Part shown: one piece after another, positions 27,255 to 36,707 of the stretch
Layout: the number at the start of each line of letters is the position of its first letter
Position numbering within the stretch: the stretch's first letter is position 1
Assembly: GCA_003694635.1 (NCBI GenBank)
Contig: RFKQ01000123.1
Location: 1 to 50,889, forward strand
Direction: 5' to 3'
Length of the DNA: 50,889 nt
DNA from: Planctomycetota bacterium
GTDB taxonomy: Bacteria; Planctomycetota; J132
Notes under the pieces: generated by a model
Database searches by the model: none
What the model was told of the DNA's origin: nothing
Seen by the model: the letters and a program-made list of their open reading frames with translations, nothing else
Program-made: the position numbers and the translations under genes

Positions 27255-27330
27255 GCGAAATCAACACAGGACAAAACAGTCATTCGTATCCTATGGTCCC
27301 TATTTACGCTCATAGCAAGGAAACACCACA

Positions 27331-30144
27331 ATGAACCCTTGGGTAATTCTTCAACTGGACTGGAATATCGAACATATAGAAAATCTCACCTGGCTAAATC
27401 TGCCCAAACCCCTCTATATCGCAATTGGTGGCGCCATTTTTCTAGCCATTTGTGCACTGATCTACCTCAAAGAAAAGCCCACCGCTCCCGGACTAGCCAA
27501 GGGGGTGATGGCCTTGTTGCGCCTCTGCGCCCTCGCCATCTGCTTTCTGGTCCTATTCCAGCCCATCCAGCGCTTTGAGCGAAAATACACCAAAAACGCC
27601 TATGTGCTGGTGGTGATCGATCAGTCCCGCAGTATGTCCTACCTCGATCGCTACCGCAATCCCACCCATTACCAAAGCCTACAAGAGCTCACCGGCATCC
27701 ATCCAACAAAGGTTTTAAAGAAAAAGAAACAACTTGCCTCTCGCTTGGATATCGTCAAAAGCCTACTCCTGGATAAAGACAAAGCCTTCCTCAGCCACCT
27801 TCGGGCCAACAATCACCTCCGCCTGGTCGCCTTTTCCGATACTGTCGAAAGTGTTGTAGGCGACCTCAAACGCTCTTCCACCGACGACTTCCAAGCCAGA
27901 GAAAACGCCATCTCTAACCTCAAACCCCTCGGCCAATTCACCCAACTTGGCGCCTGCTTGGCCGCTGCAAAAGAGGATTTGCGACGCAACGGGCACGATA
28001 TCGCCGCCATTATCCTCTTCACCGACGGACAATCCAACGCCGGAGATCCCTCCGCCATACAGGCGGCCAAAGACCTCGCCACCAGCAAAATCCCCCTCTA
28101 TATCTTCGGCATCGGCAACCCGGAGCCCGAAAAAGACGTGGAAATCTTCCACCTCGAAGCCCCCCAAAAAGCAAAGGTGGGAGAGAGTATCTACTTTAAC
28201 TTCAAACTCCGCGCCCGAGGCTACACCCAACCCCTCTCCCTCCAAGCCAAACTCTACCACAATGGCAAACAAATCAATGAAAAAACTCTCCACCTCTCCC
28301 CCTCCCAAATCCTCTCCGCCAAGTTTCGATACGTGATCAGCGAACTTACCCTCCAAAATCCACCCGTCCGCCCCCCGTACCATAAATTTGAAGTGCGCAT
28401 TCAACCACTCTCCGATGAGTGGAACCTTAAAAATAACCAGCAAACTATTTATGTTCAAATCCAAAACAAAAAGCTCTTTATCCTCTACGTCGAAGGATAC
28501 CCCCGCTGGGAATACCGCTACCTAAAAAATGAACTCATCCGCCACCAAAAAACTCTAAAAGTCCAATGCATCCTCCTCACCGCCAACCCTAAAGATCAAG
28601 CGGTTAGCGCCGATGTCCGCCCCGAAGAATACATTGGCTCATTCCCCGATAGCTCCATCCCCTTTGACCCAAGCCGCGCTACCCTAGAGGAAAAAAAACA
28701 AGGATACCTCGAAAAACAAAAGGAAGAAATCTTTAAAAAACTCCAACGCTATAACGTCATCATCTGGGGCGATGTCCCCTACTGGGAACTCAACGCAGAA
28801 GGGGAAAAACGCTACTACTTCAACAAAGCACAACTGGCCGCACTGCGCCAATTTGTCGAATTCGGCGGCGGATTTATCGCCATCGCCGGGGTAAAATATT
28901 TCCCCCACCAATACCGAGAAACCCCCCTGGCAGATATCCTCCCCATCGAAATTCCTAAATCCAGCCTGAACGCCCTTCCCTTCGAGCATACCTACACCGA
29001 ATCCTTCCGACCACGCCTTACCCCCGCCGGGCTAAAAAGCAAAATCCTCAACTTTCACGAAAACGATCGCAAAAATAAACTCCTCTGGGAAAGCGAACGA
29101 GGCCTACCCGGCTTCTTCTGGTACTACCAAGCCAAAAAAGTGAAAGAAACCGCCGTGGTCCTCGCCCATCATCCCTACCATAAAAGTCGCTTTGGCTACG
29201 CGCCTATTTTTGTCGTCCACAACTACGGCAACGGACGAGTTATGTTCAGCGCCGTCGATTCCACCTGGCGCTGGCGAGCCGGCGTAGGCTCACGCTACTT
29301 CTATCCCTTCTGGCGAGAAGCCATCCGCTATGTCTCCAAAGGTAAAATCCGCAACCAACGGCGAAAATACGTCCTCAAAACCGATAAAACCTTCTACACC
29401 CAAGGAAAAGATAATATCTACGTCTACGCCCTCATCAAATCCTCAAAAAAGAAAAGAAAAAAAGTCGCCCAAGTTCAAGTCTTCGGCCCCTACCCAAAAT
29501 CCCGCTGGAAACAACTCCGCCTCGCCCAAAATAAAAAAACTCCCTCCCAAGAACAAAAACGCTACCGGCGCACCCTACTCAAAGCCATCAAGGAAAAAAA
29601 ATCCCCCTCCCTCCAACTCTCCCTCGCTTCCACCTTCACCGATGTGGAAGATCAACACTTCGAAGGGAAATTTAAAGCCATCGAACCCGGTATCTATATC
29701 CTACAACTCGGCCAACCCTACCTAAGCTCCAGCGGCGATCTAAAAGGCGGCGCTCTCCGCTCCATCCTCGTGGAAAAATATGATCTCGAAATGGCCAATG
29801 TTCAACTCAATGAAACACTCCTGAAAAAAATGGCCAAAATCACCAAAATCGGATCCCAAGGCGGCTACTGGCCTATCTTCCACAAAACCCTCTTCCAAAA
29901 AGAAAAACTCCCCCACTACCAAACCACCTACCCCGGCCTCATAAGCTACCGACCAGATATCCAACAAAAAAATCTAAAACTCTTCACCTTCGAAACCCTC
30001 CCCTTCCGCATCCTACCTCAACAAAAACAGCTCACCGAACCCCACTCCGTACGGCATATCTGGCAAAACCCCCTCTGGCTGATCGCACTAATCACCCTGC
30101 TCACCCTCGAATGGATACTCAGAAAAATCTTCCGCCTAATGTAA
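27331..30144 (+). CDS. BatA-like membrane protein with VWA domain and GATase1-like domain
   Basis: N-terminal double TM, MIDAS VVIDQSRSM, ILFTDGQSNAGD, later YNVIIWGDVPY..LRQFVEFGGGFIAIAG, C-terminal TM (LWLIALITLLTLEWIL). Confidence 0.8.
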   Translation: MNPWVILQLDWNIEHIENLTWLNLPKPLYIAIGGAIFLAICALIYLKEKPTAPGLAKGVMALLRLCALAICFLVLFQPIQRFERKYTKNAYVLVVIDQSRSMSYLDRYRNPTHYQSLQELTGIHPTKVLKKKKQLASRLDIVKSLLLDKDKAFLSHLRANNHLRLVAFSDTVESVVGDLKRSSTDDFQARENAISNLKPLGQFTQLGACLAAAKEDLRRNGHDIAAIILFTDGQSNAGDPSAIQAAKDLATSKIPLYIFGIGNPEPEKDVEIFHLEAPQKAKVGESIYFNFKLRARGYTQPLSLQAKLYHNGKQINEKTLHLSPSQILSAKFRYVISELTLQNPPVRPPYHKFEVRIQPLSDEWNLKNNQQTIYVQIQNKKLFILYVEGYPRWEYRYLKNELIRHQKTLKVQCILLTANPKDQAVSADVRPEEYIGSFPDSSIPFDPSRATLEEKKQGYLEKQKEEIFKKLQRYNVIIWGDVPYWELNAEGEKRYYFNKAQLAALRQFVEFGGGFIAIAGVKYFPHQYRETPLADILPIEIPKSSLNALPFEHTYTESFRPRLTPAGLKSKILNFHENDRKNKLLWESERGLPGFFWYYQAKKVKETAVVLAHHPYHKSRFGYAPIFVVHNYGNGRVMFSAVDSTWRWRAGVGSRYFYPFWREAIRYVSKGKIRNQRRKYVLKTDKTFYTQGKDNIYVYALIKSSKKKRKKVAQVQVFGPYPKSRWKQLRLAQNKKTPSQEQKRYRRTLLKAIKEKKSPSLQLSLASTFTDVEDQHFEGKFKAIEPGIYILQLGQPYLSSSGDLKGGALRSILVEKYDLEMANVQLNETLLKKMAKITKIGSQGGYWPIFHKTLFQKEKLPHYQTTYPGLISYRPDIQQKNLKLFTFETLPFRILPQQKQLTEPHSVRHIWQNPLWLIALITLLTLEWILRKIFRLM

Positions 30145-30359
30145 AATTCATCTCCTCTCTCTCGGAAAGCTAAAAAAACCGCGCAAAGACTCCTTCTCAA
30201 TCCTTAAAGCCGTCGCTCCATGAATACTCCCTCAGAGCCCATTGGCTCTTAAGAAAAAATCCCCAAAAACCCGAAAAATCCCTAACCCTCCCCTTGACAA
30301 AGCCGCAAAAATTTGGCAAAATGCCCCCAAAACCCTCTAGCGGATTAGGAACGGCTTCC

Positions 30360-30911
30360 ATGAAAAATCCTATCGAAGAAGCCATAGAACTCCTCCTCCA
30401 AGAAATAGATAGCGAAATCGCACAAACCCAAACCTACGCCGAAAAAGCTCTAAAAGAAAAAAAATTCACTCAAGTCGAAACATATATCCAGCAAATCCAA
30501 CAATTGGAAAACTTCCACCAAAAAGTAAAACTCCTCCTCCAAGACTGGAAACAGCTCCACCCCTCGCCACCACCTGCCAAATCCAACCAAACACCCGTTA
30601 AAAGACTCTCCAAAGGCAAAGCTACCCCCCAAAACGCCTACCGCCGCGCTATCCTCGAAAGCCTCGTAGAGTTGGGAGGCGCAGCTAAGGTCCAAAACGT
30701 CCTAAACAAAGTCGAGCAAAAAATGAAATCCAACCTCAATTCCTATGACTACCAACCCCTCCCCTGCAGCGGAGAAATCCGCTGGCGAAACCGGGCAATG
30801 TGGTGCCGCCTACACCTCGTCCGAGAAGGTTTGCTTCACCCCAACTCCCCTCACGGAATTTGGGAAATCTCCAAAAAAGGCCGCAAAGCCCTAGAAAATG
30901 GCTCTATCTAA
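30360..30911 (+). CDS. Coiled-coil protein with C-terminal Mrr_N-like winged-helix domain
   Basis: ATG at 30360 after AGGA. C-terminal YRRAILESLVELGGAAKVQNVLNKVEQKM..GEIRWRNRAMWCRLHLVREGLL..GIWEISKKGRKAL resembles the Mrr N-terminal winged helix. No nuclease domain. Confidence 0.45.
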   Translation: MKNPIEEAIELLLQEIDSEIAQTQTYAEKALKEKKFTQVETYIQQIQQLENFHQKVKLLLQDWKQLHPSPPPAKSNQTPVKRLSKGKATPQNAYRRAILESLVELGGAAKVQNVLNKVEQKMKSNLNSYDYQPLPCSGEIRWRNRAMWCRLHLVREGLLHPNSPHGIWEISKKGRKALENGSI

Positions 30912-30990
30912 CGGCTCCAACCGCTCTATTTCCCTCCCCCCCCCAATGTTTTCCAAAATATTTTCCCTAATCTGCAAGGAAAAACCTACC

Positions 30991-32205
30991 ATGCCATCCA
31001 ACACCACCAACGCCTATATCCAAAAGGATCTCCAATTTAGCGCCAAAAACTACCACCCCCTCCCCATCGTCCTCTCAAGAGGAGAAGGCATCTGGGTCTA
31101 CGATGTTGAGGGCCAAAAATACCTAGACTGCCTGAGCGCCTACTCCGCCCTAAGCCACGGCCATGTCCACCCCAAAATCCTACAAGCCTTGACCACCCAA
31201 GCCCAACGCCTTACCCTCACCTCCCGCGCCTTTCACAACGACCAAATGGGGAACTTCCTCGAAAAACTCTGCAAACTCTGCCAAATGGAAATGGCACTCC
31301 CCATGAACACCGGCGCAGAAGCCGTAGAAACCGCCATCAAAGCCGCACGGAAATGGGGCTACCAAATCAAAGGAGTTCCCCCCAACCAAGCCCATATCCT
31401 CGCCTGTACCAACAACTTCCACGGGCGCACCACCACCATCATTAGCTTTTCGTCCGAACCCCAATACAAAGAAGGCTTCGGTCCCTTCACGCCCGGCTTT
31501 GAACTGATCGAATTCGGCAACCTCCAACAGCTCCAAAACGCCATCACCCCCAACACCGTCGCCTTCCTCACCGAACCCATCCAAGGCGAAGGCGGCATTA
31601 TTCTCCCTCCCCAAGGCTTTCTGCAACAGGCCAAAAAACTCTGCCGCCAACACAACGTCCTCTTTATGCTCGACGAAATCCAAACCGGGTTAGGACGTAC
31701 GGGGAAAATGTTTGCATTCCAACACGAAGAGGACGCCAAACCCGATGTTCTCATCCTCGGCAAAGCCCTCGGCGGCGGCGTCTACCCCGTCTCCGCCGTC
31801 CTCGCTTCCAAAGAAATCCTCGGCGTCTTCCAACCCGGCGACCACGGCAGCACCTTCGGCGGCAACCCCCTCGCCGCCGCGGTGGCAAGCGCCGCCCTAG
31901 ACGTGCTTCTGGAAGAAAAACTAGTGGAAAACTCCCAAAAAATGGGACAATATCTACTCGAACAATTGCAAAAAATCAACTCCCCCCACATCCAAGAAAT
32001 CCGAGGCAAAGGCCTCTTTGTCGCTATCGAAATTAAAACCACCTCCGGACCAGCGCGGCCATTCTGCGAAAAACTCAAAGACCTCGGAATTCTGTGCAAA
32101 GAAACCCACCAACAAGTCATCCGACTCGCCCCCCCACTGATTATCCAAAAACCAGAAATCAAACTCATCGTCGAAAAAATCCAAACCGTTCTCCAAGAAA
32201 AATAA
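30991..32205 (+). CDS. rocD: Ornithine--oxo-acid aminotransferase (class III PLP aminotransferase)
   Basis: NYHPLPIVLSRGEGIWVYDVEGQKYLDCLSAYSALSHGHVHPKI, FHGRTTTIISFS, DEIQTGLGRTGKMFA, LILGKALGGGVYPVSAV (PLP Lys), GDHGSTFGGNPLA. ATG at 30991 after AAGGAAAAA. Confidence 0.9.
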   Translation: MPSNTTNAYIQKDLQFSAKNYHPLPIVLSRGEGIWVYDVEGQKYLDCLSAYSALSHGHVHPKILQALTTQAQRLTLTSRAFHNDQMGNFLEKLCKLCQMEMALPMNTGAEAVETAIKAARKWGYQIKGVPPNQAHILACTNNFHGRTTTIISFSSEPQYKEGFGPFTPGFELIEFGNLQQLQNAITPNTVAFLTEPIQGEGGIILPPQGFLQQAKKLCRQHNVLFMLDEIQTGLGRTGKMFAFQHEEDAKPDVLILGKALGGGVYPVSAVLASKEILGVFQPGDHGSTFGGNPLAAAVASAALDVLLEEKLVENSQKMGQYLLEQLQKINSPHIQEIRGKGLFVAIEIKTTSGPARPFCEKLKDLGILCKETHQQVIRLAPPLIIQKPEIKLIVEKIQTVLQEK

Positions 32206-32253
32206 ACCTTTCCTCCCCCCACTTCTCCAGCCCTTACAAAGGAGGTGAAACCT

Positions 32254-35202
32254 ATGAAACGTCTCTTCTACCCATACGGAACCATCCTAGCACTCTGCGC
32301 CCTCACCTTCTTTACCCTGCTTCTACCTAGCTGCGGCGGCGATAAAATCACCATCGACCCCGAAAACGATAGCTCCACCTTCAACTTTGGACAAGCGGTC
32401 TACCAACTCAGCCGCAACTACCTCTACCAAACCCCCCCCAATTCTCTCGAAAAAGTGCAAGCCCTCGATAACAATAGAGAAAACCTGGTCTACGCCGTCA
32501 ATACCATCATCCCCGAAGAAGTCAACCAAAATATCCTCGCCCCCCTAAAACTGATCCTCCCCCTCGTGGACGATGGAACCCTACCTAAAGTCACCGACGA
32601 CCTCCAAGAAATCCTCAGCTACCTCCTCCAACACCCCAATGACCCCAACAAAGAAACCCTCCAAGCCATTGTGGATCTTGCCCGCACCAAGGGACTTAGC
32701 CTGCGGGATTGGAGCCTGCTACTAGGACGGCTGATCCAATACCCTGAGCTGGAAAAGGTGATGCTTGCCATCTCCCAACTGGTGCGAGAAAACGATGGTG
32801 TCGATGATCTAGGCAACCCCAACGGCGAAAAAAACCTCCTACAAGACCTCCTCGCCTTCCTCTCCCGAAAACTGAGGGAAATGAAGCCATCCCCAAACGC
32901 CTCCAACTCCTCCCTCTTCTCCCTAATCTCCCTTCAAAAGGAACTTCTGAGCGAAATCACCGTCCGCTCTCCCCTCGGTGCTCCCGCCTACAGCGTGCGA
33001 TTGGATAAAAATGGCAATCCACAACCAGCCATCAACCCCTCCACAGGTACCTTTTTCCCTCCGTTTGTGGACCAAAATAACGACGGATACGCCGATACCA
33101 ACGCAGAAGGGAATTTTGTCGACGCCCAAGGGCAGGAAATTCAGCTCAAACCCTTTGGGAAAAACGGCATCCGGGACCAATACGGACGCCTTCTCAACTC
33201 CCCGGGAGGCTCCCCCGTCTTCGTTTACTTTAATACAAAAAAAACCCTTCTTAGCGTGCTTCTGCATCTCATCGGAGTCGCAGTCCAGAAAAAACTGCCC
33301 TCCCACTCCCTTCAACTCCTAGAAAGCATCCTCCCCCCCGCTCAAAACCACGACAATGGCACCCCCGCCGATCCTAGCGATGACTTCAAAACCTATCCCG
33401 CCACCAATAACCCCCTCCTAGATCTGCTCTATGGCCTGCTCGAACTCTTTAAATACAACGACTCCCCCAAACTCCTAAGCGCTTTTGAAAATATAACCAA
33501 AAATCAACCGAAACTCACCGAAAATCTTCTGATCAGCTTAGGAAAAGTCTTCCATATCCTGCAAAATACCCCGATCCCCCTCTCCAAACCCGATCTCTAC
33601 AAACTCATCGAAGATCTTATCCCACTCCTCGAAGATGTAAGCAAAAAACCAAACAACTCCTCCACCTCCACCGCTCGCGTGCTCATGCAAACCATCTATA
33701 ACCTCGGCCAAATCGCCCGCAATCTCCCCGGCCAACTGGCCAATATGTCCCGCTATACCACCTTTACCACCAAACAACTAGTGGACTTTAGCCAACCGCC
33801 TACCCCAAACAATCGCTCCACCCTCCAACAAATGCTCAACCTCTGGTACGATATGGACCAATGTAAACTCCCCATCATCAATCAAACCATCACCGAAGTC
33901 ACCCTTAACCTCGTTGCAGATATGAATCCCACCACCGTTAAAAATCTTATCCTAAAACTCGATGGCGTGCTAGCTACCTTTTCCTGGTTTATCAACCTCT
34001 ATTGCCCCGGTTTCACTCAAAACCGCACTGCCCTCAATGAACTTGCTCTTAGCGGCGCACTCGACGCTTTTATCCCTATTGTCAAAGTTTTTAAAGATAG
34101 AGGCGAAATCCGACTACTTATCGAAATTCTCAATAAACTTCACCTAAACTTTAACACCGTCCTTCGCAAAGCAGAACCAACACTGATCAAGATTTTAGAT
34201 AGCGGGGCCGTACAAAACCTCTTTGATGTGATCGCCCTTACCACCCAAATCCAAGTGCCCAACAGTACGGATAAAGCCGCTGATGTGATCGCAGATTCCA
34301 TCGCCAATCTTCTCGATTCCACCAAAACCGTCTTCTATCGCAACGGAACACAAGCTCCAAGGCTGCTCAGCCTACTCTATGAACCCTGGAAAACGCTGGA
34401 CACAAAAATATCTTCAGCTGGCAAAACCTCTCAGCTCGACCAACTCCTCAAAGGCCTCCTCGACTATATCGCCGAAACCGTTGTCAACAACAATGGCACC
34501 CCCAACGACCCTAGCGATGATTTCGAGGAACTAAAATACCCGGATCTCATTCCACTTCTGGCCAAAGTCAGCGCTAAAATCAGCGCACAACTCGGAACCA
34601 ATGCAAGCAATCGCTCCCAAAAAGTACAATCCTATCAAAAAGATCTAGAGAATTTCCTAACCAGTAAGGATTTTTACGCTCTGTTGGATTTGTTGCGGGT
34701 GATAGAAAATTCCCCCACAAAAACCACTCTTTATCAAGCGCTCGAAAATTTATTTACTCCGCAAAACAACTATAGCGATGATGTTTTCGGCGCCCTCTTA
34801 GCCGTTTTGGCCTCCGCCCTTCAAGTCAAATCCAATCAGTCCACCCTACAACAACTCGCCTGGTTTATCGGAGATATGCTCCAGCCAAGCCGTCCCTATG
34901 CCAAGGACTTTGTCTTGGCTATCCAACGGATTATCGTAAAAGATGAGGGCAAAATTGTCCTCACAATGCTACGCAACCTCTTTATTCAAAATCCCCAATC
35001 CCCCTACAATATGCCCATCCTAGAGATCTACAATACCTTCTCAGCCGTCCAAAAAGCAGCCAAATCCAACGCATCCTCTCCCCCCCTTACCGCCGCAGAG
35101 CTAGAGAGCACCATTCGCTCCCTACTTAAATTTATGAAGGATCCCAAAGCCGGCTTGCCCAAGTTTTACGAACAAATCCGCAAACGACGAAGGCGCCAAT
35201 AG
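32254..35202 (+). CDS. Large helical lipoprotein of unknown function
   Basis: GGAGG sits 8 nt before the ATG at 32254. Lipobox LLPSCGG. 982 aa. Internal repeat NGTP(A/N)DPSDDF occurs twice. Confidence 0.7.
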   Translation: MKRLFYPYGTILALCALTFFTLLLPSCGGDKITIDPENDSSTFNFGQAVYQLSRNYLYQTPPNSLEKVQALDNNRENLVYAVNTIIPEEVNQNILAPLKLILPLVDDGTLPKVTDDLQEILSYLLQHPNDPNKETLQAIVDLARTKGLSLRDWSLLLGRLIQYPELEKVMLAISQLVRENDGVDDLGNPNGEKNLLQDLLAFLSRKLREMKPSPNASNSSLFSLISLQKELLSEITVRSPLGAPAYSVRLDKNGNPQPAINPSTGTFFPPFVDQNNDGYADTNAEGNFVDAQGQEIQLKPFGKNGIRDQYGRLLNSPGGSPVFVYFNTKKTLLSVLLHLIGVAVQKKLPSHSLQLLESILPPAQNHDNGTPADPSDDFKTYPATNNPLLDLLYGLLELFKYNDSPKLLSAFENITKNQPKLTENLLISLGKVFHILQNTPIPLSKPDLYKLIEDLIPLLEDVSKKPNNSSTSTARVLMQTIYNLGQIARNLPGQLANMSRYTTFTTKQLVDFSQPPTPNNRSTLQQMLNLWYDMDQCKLPIINQTITEVTLNLVADMNPTTVKNLILKLDGVLATFSWFINLYCPGFTQNRTALNELALSGALDAFIPIVKVFKDRGEIRLLIEILNKLHLNFNTVLRKAEPTLIKILDSGAVQNLFDVIALTTQIQVPNSTDKAADVIADSIANLLDSTKTVFYRNGTQAPRLLSLLYEPWKTLDTKISSAGKTSQLDQLLKGLLDYIAETVVNNNGTPNDPSDDFEELKYPDLIPLLAKVSAKISAQLGTNASNRSQKVQSYQKDLENFLTSKDFYALLDLLRVIENSPTKTTLYQALENLFTPQNNYSDDVFGALLAVLASALQVKSNQSTLQQLAWFIGDMLQPSRPYAKDFVLAIQRIIVKDEGKIVLTMLRNLFIQNPQSPYNMPILEIYNTFSAVQKAAKSNASSPPLTAAELESTIRSLLKFMKDPKAGLPKFYEQIRKRRRRQ

Positions 35203-35226
35203 TACAGCCCATTGCTCTGCAAACCA

Positions 35227-35265
35227 GAAGAAGCTCCCTCAACCAAGAGAGAGCTTCTTTTTTGG
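35227..35265 (+). terminator. Rho-independent terminator
   Basis: GAAGAAGCUC-(14 nt)-GAGCUUCUU followed by UUUUGG, 25 nt after the 35202 stop. Confidence 0.6.
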
Positions 35266-35302
35266 ATTTTCTCAGAAAGAGAGACTCAAAATCCTATTTA
35301 TT

Positions 35303-35752
35303 CTAGGATTTCATCTTCTTTCCTTTCCTTCCTTGTCGAGAATTCTTCTTTTTTCGCACCTTCTTGCTCGCTTTACCCTTGAAACTCTTTCCATTTAAGC
35401 TCTTTCTAAAAGCAAGGCTCGCTCGAAATCGAAGATACTTGCGGGCAGGGATTTGAATGATCTTTCTGGTCTTGGGATGATAGCCCTTACGCGCCTTCGC
35501 CTTCTTTACATAAAAGGTACCCAAACCCCTTAAATTTATCTCTTTACCATGCTGAAGCCTCTTCTTTAAAATCGCTAGAAAATTCCTCAAAACCACTCTA
35601 GTTTTCTGTTGGGAAAGAGTAGATTTCTGAGCCACCATTTTTACCAGCTCTTCAAAAGTTACCCTTTTGGAAGAAGGCTGAGCTGCAAGTACTCCCTGTC
35701 CACACCAAAATATCGAAAGCAAGAGTGCAAAAGAAGCGAAATGATTTTTCAT
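35303..35752 (-). CDS. HU/IHF-family DNA-binding protein with signal-peptide-like N-terminus and Lys-rich tail
   Basis: Core FEELVKMVAQKSTLSQQKTRVVLRNFLAILKKRLQHGKEINLRGLGTFYVKKAKARKGYHPKTRKIIQIPARKYLRFRAS matches the HU fold (GFGtF..r.aR.GrNP.Tge.i.Ipa...v.Fk). It is preceded by MKNHFASFALLLSIFWCGQGVLAAQP and followed by a KKVRKKKNSRQGRKGKK tail. Confidence 0.7.
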   Translation of the reverse strand: MKNHFASFALLLSIFWCGQGVLAAQPSSKRVTFEELVKMVAQKSTLSQQKTRVVLRNFLAILKKRLQHGKEINLRGLGTFYVKKAKARKGYHPKTRKIIQIPARKYLRFRASLAFRKSLNGKSFKGKASKKVRKKKNSRQGRKGKKMKS

Positions 35753-36003
35753 GACCTATCTCCTTTCTTAAAAGCAAAAATTAACTTTCTTGTTGCCTCA
35801 CAGTCCTCAACGCGTTGAGCGATTCACAAGTTTTTATAGCAATAACTGTGCCATTTGTTTGAACGCTGCAAAAAAATAAATCCAGAAATTCTCTATTTCA
35901 ACTTTAACTTCTTTAAAATCAACAGGTTATTCACTAAAAAAAATCTTTCCGATTTCTTGGAAGCACCCTCAAAATCTTAAAATTCTGCCATCTTTCAAAC
36001 GTA

Positions 36004-36021
36004 GTGTCCCAAAACGAGACA
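36004..36021. promoter_or_regulatory. Candidate enhancer dyad upstream of sRNA copy 2
   Basis: GTGTCCCAAAACGAGACA (TGT-N11-ACA) ~217 nt upstream of the -24 GG. It shares its core with 5077-5095. Confidence 0.3.
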
Positions 36022-36228
36022 GGGTTACTTGAAATATTTTGACAAAAGGCCTAAAGATACCCAAACGATGAGAAAATTTCTCTCAAAATAGCCCCCCCAC
36101 CTTTTCCAATCAAAAATCTTCGAATAAAATCTCGCAAAAATACCATAAAAATTTACTCCATATTTCCCTCATTTAATTCAATGGAAAATAAGCAATTATA
36201 AAAAACACAAACATATACTCGGCCAATA

Positions 36229-36244
36229 TGGAACAGTTTTTGCT
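36229..36244 (+). promoter_or_regulatory. Sigma54-type -24/-12 promoter (TGGAAC-N5-TTGCT)
   Basis: TGGAACAGTTTTTGCT, a paralogue of the element at 5268. Confidence 0.5.
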
Positions 36245-36254
36245 AATAATATTG

Positions 36255-36427
36255 CCCAAATAGCGGGTTTTCTCCTCGCCCTCGTCCTCGGGAGGCGGGT
36301 CGGTATAGGATGAGCTAAAAGGAGAAAACCCTTTTCCTCATACCAATACATCTTCGCAAGCAAGCTAAGATGAGTGGAGGAATATTAATATATAATTCCC
36401 CCACCCTTGGGTGGGGCATTTTTATAA
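36255..36427 (+). ncRNA. Structured small RNA, copy 2 of the paralogous family
   Basis: GGGUUUUCUCC / GGAGAAAACCC long-range stem. The same CUCGCC..GGCGGG hairpin as copy 1, with a 6-nt loop insertion (CUCGUC). A different central hairpin (CAUCUU..AAGAUG). Terminator CCCCACCC-UU-GGGUGGGG then CAUUUUUAUAAA. The overlapping minus-strand ORF 36315-36530 has no support. Confidence 0.5.
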
Positions 36428-36707
36428 ACACTAAATATAAACAAAATTCTCCGAAAAAGTTATTTACTTTTGCTCGTCTATCAAAAATATTTAAAAATGC
36501 CGAATGATGAGTAACATGAAAATCCGACAAGAGCTAAAGAACACGAACTTTTATCCCACTGCCTAAGGCAAAAAAGTTTCTATCAATTTTCTCTATCTTT
36601 GGTATAGTTTTTGCTAAAAATTCTAAAATCCCACGGAAGTCAAGCTCTTCAAGTGGGATCGGATTTCCCAACAGTTTTCCATCTTTATTTTTTCTTTGGA
36701 GGTAACA

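Noticed and set aside
36600-36615. A third sigma54-like match, TGGTATAGTTTTTGCT, ~95 nt upstream of recA, followed by a UCCCAC..GUGGGA leader hairpin.
   Set aside because: Only the minimal TGG-N8-TTGC core matches. A core that short should occur several times by chance in a window this size on both strands. The -24 region (TGGTAT) is poor, and recA is not normally sigma54-dependent. I note it but do not call it.
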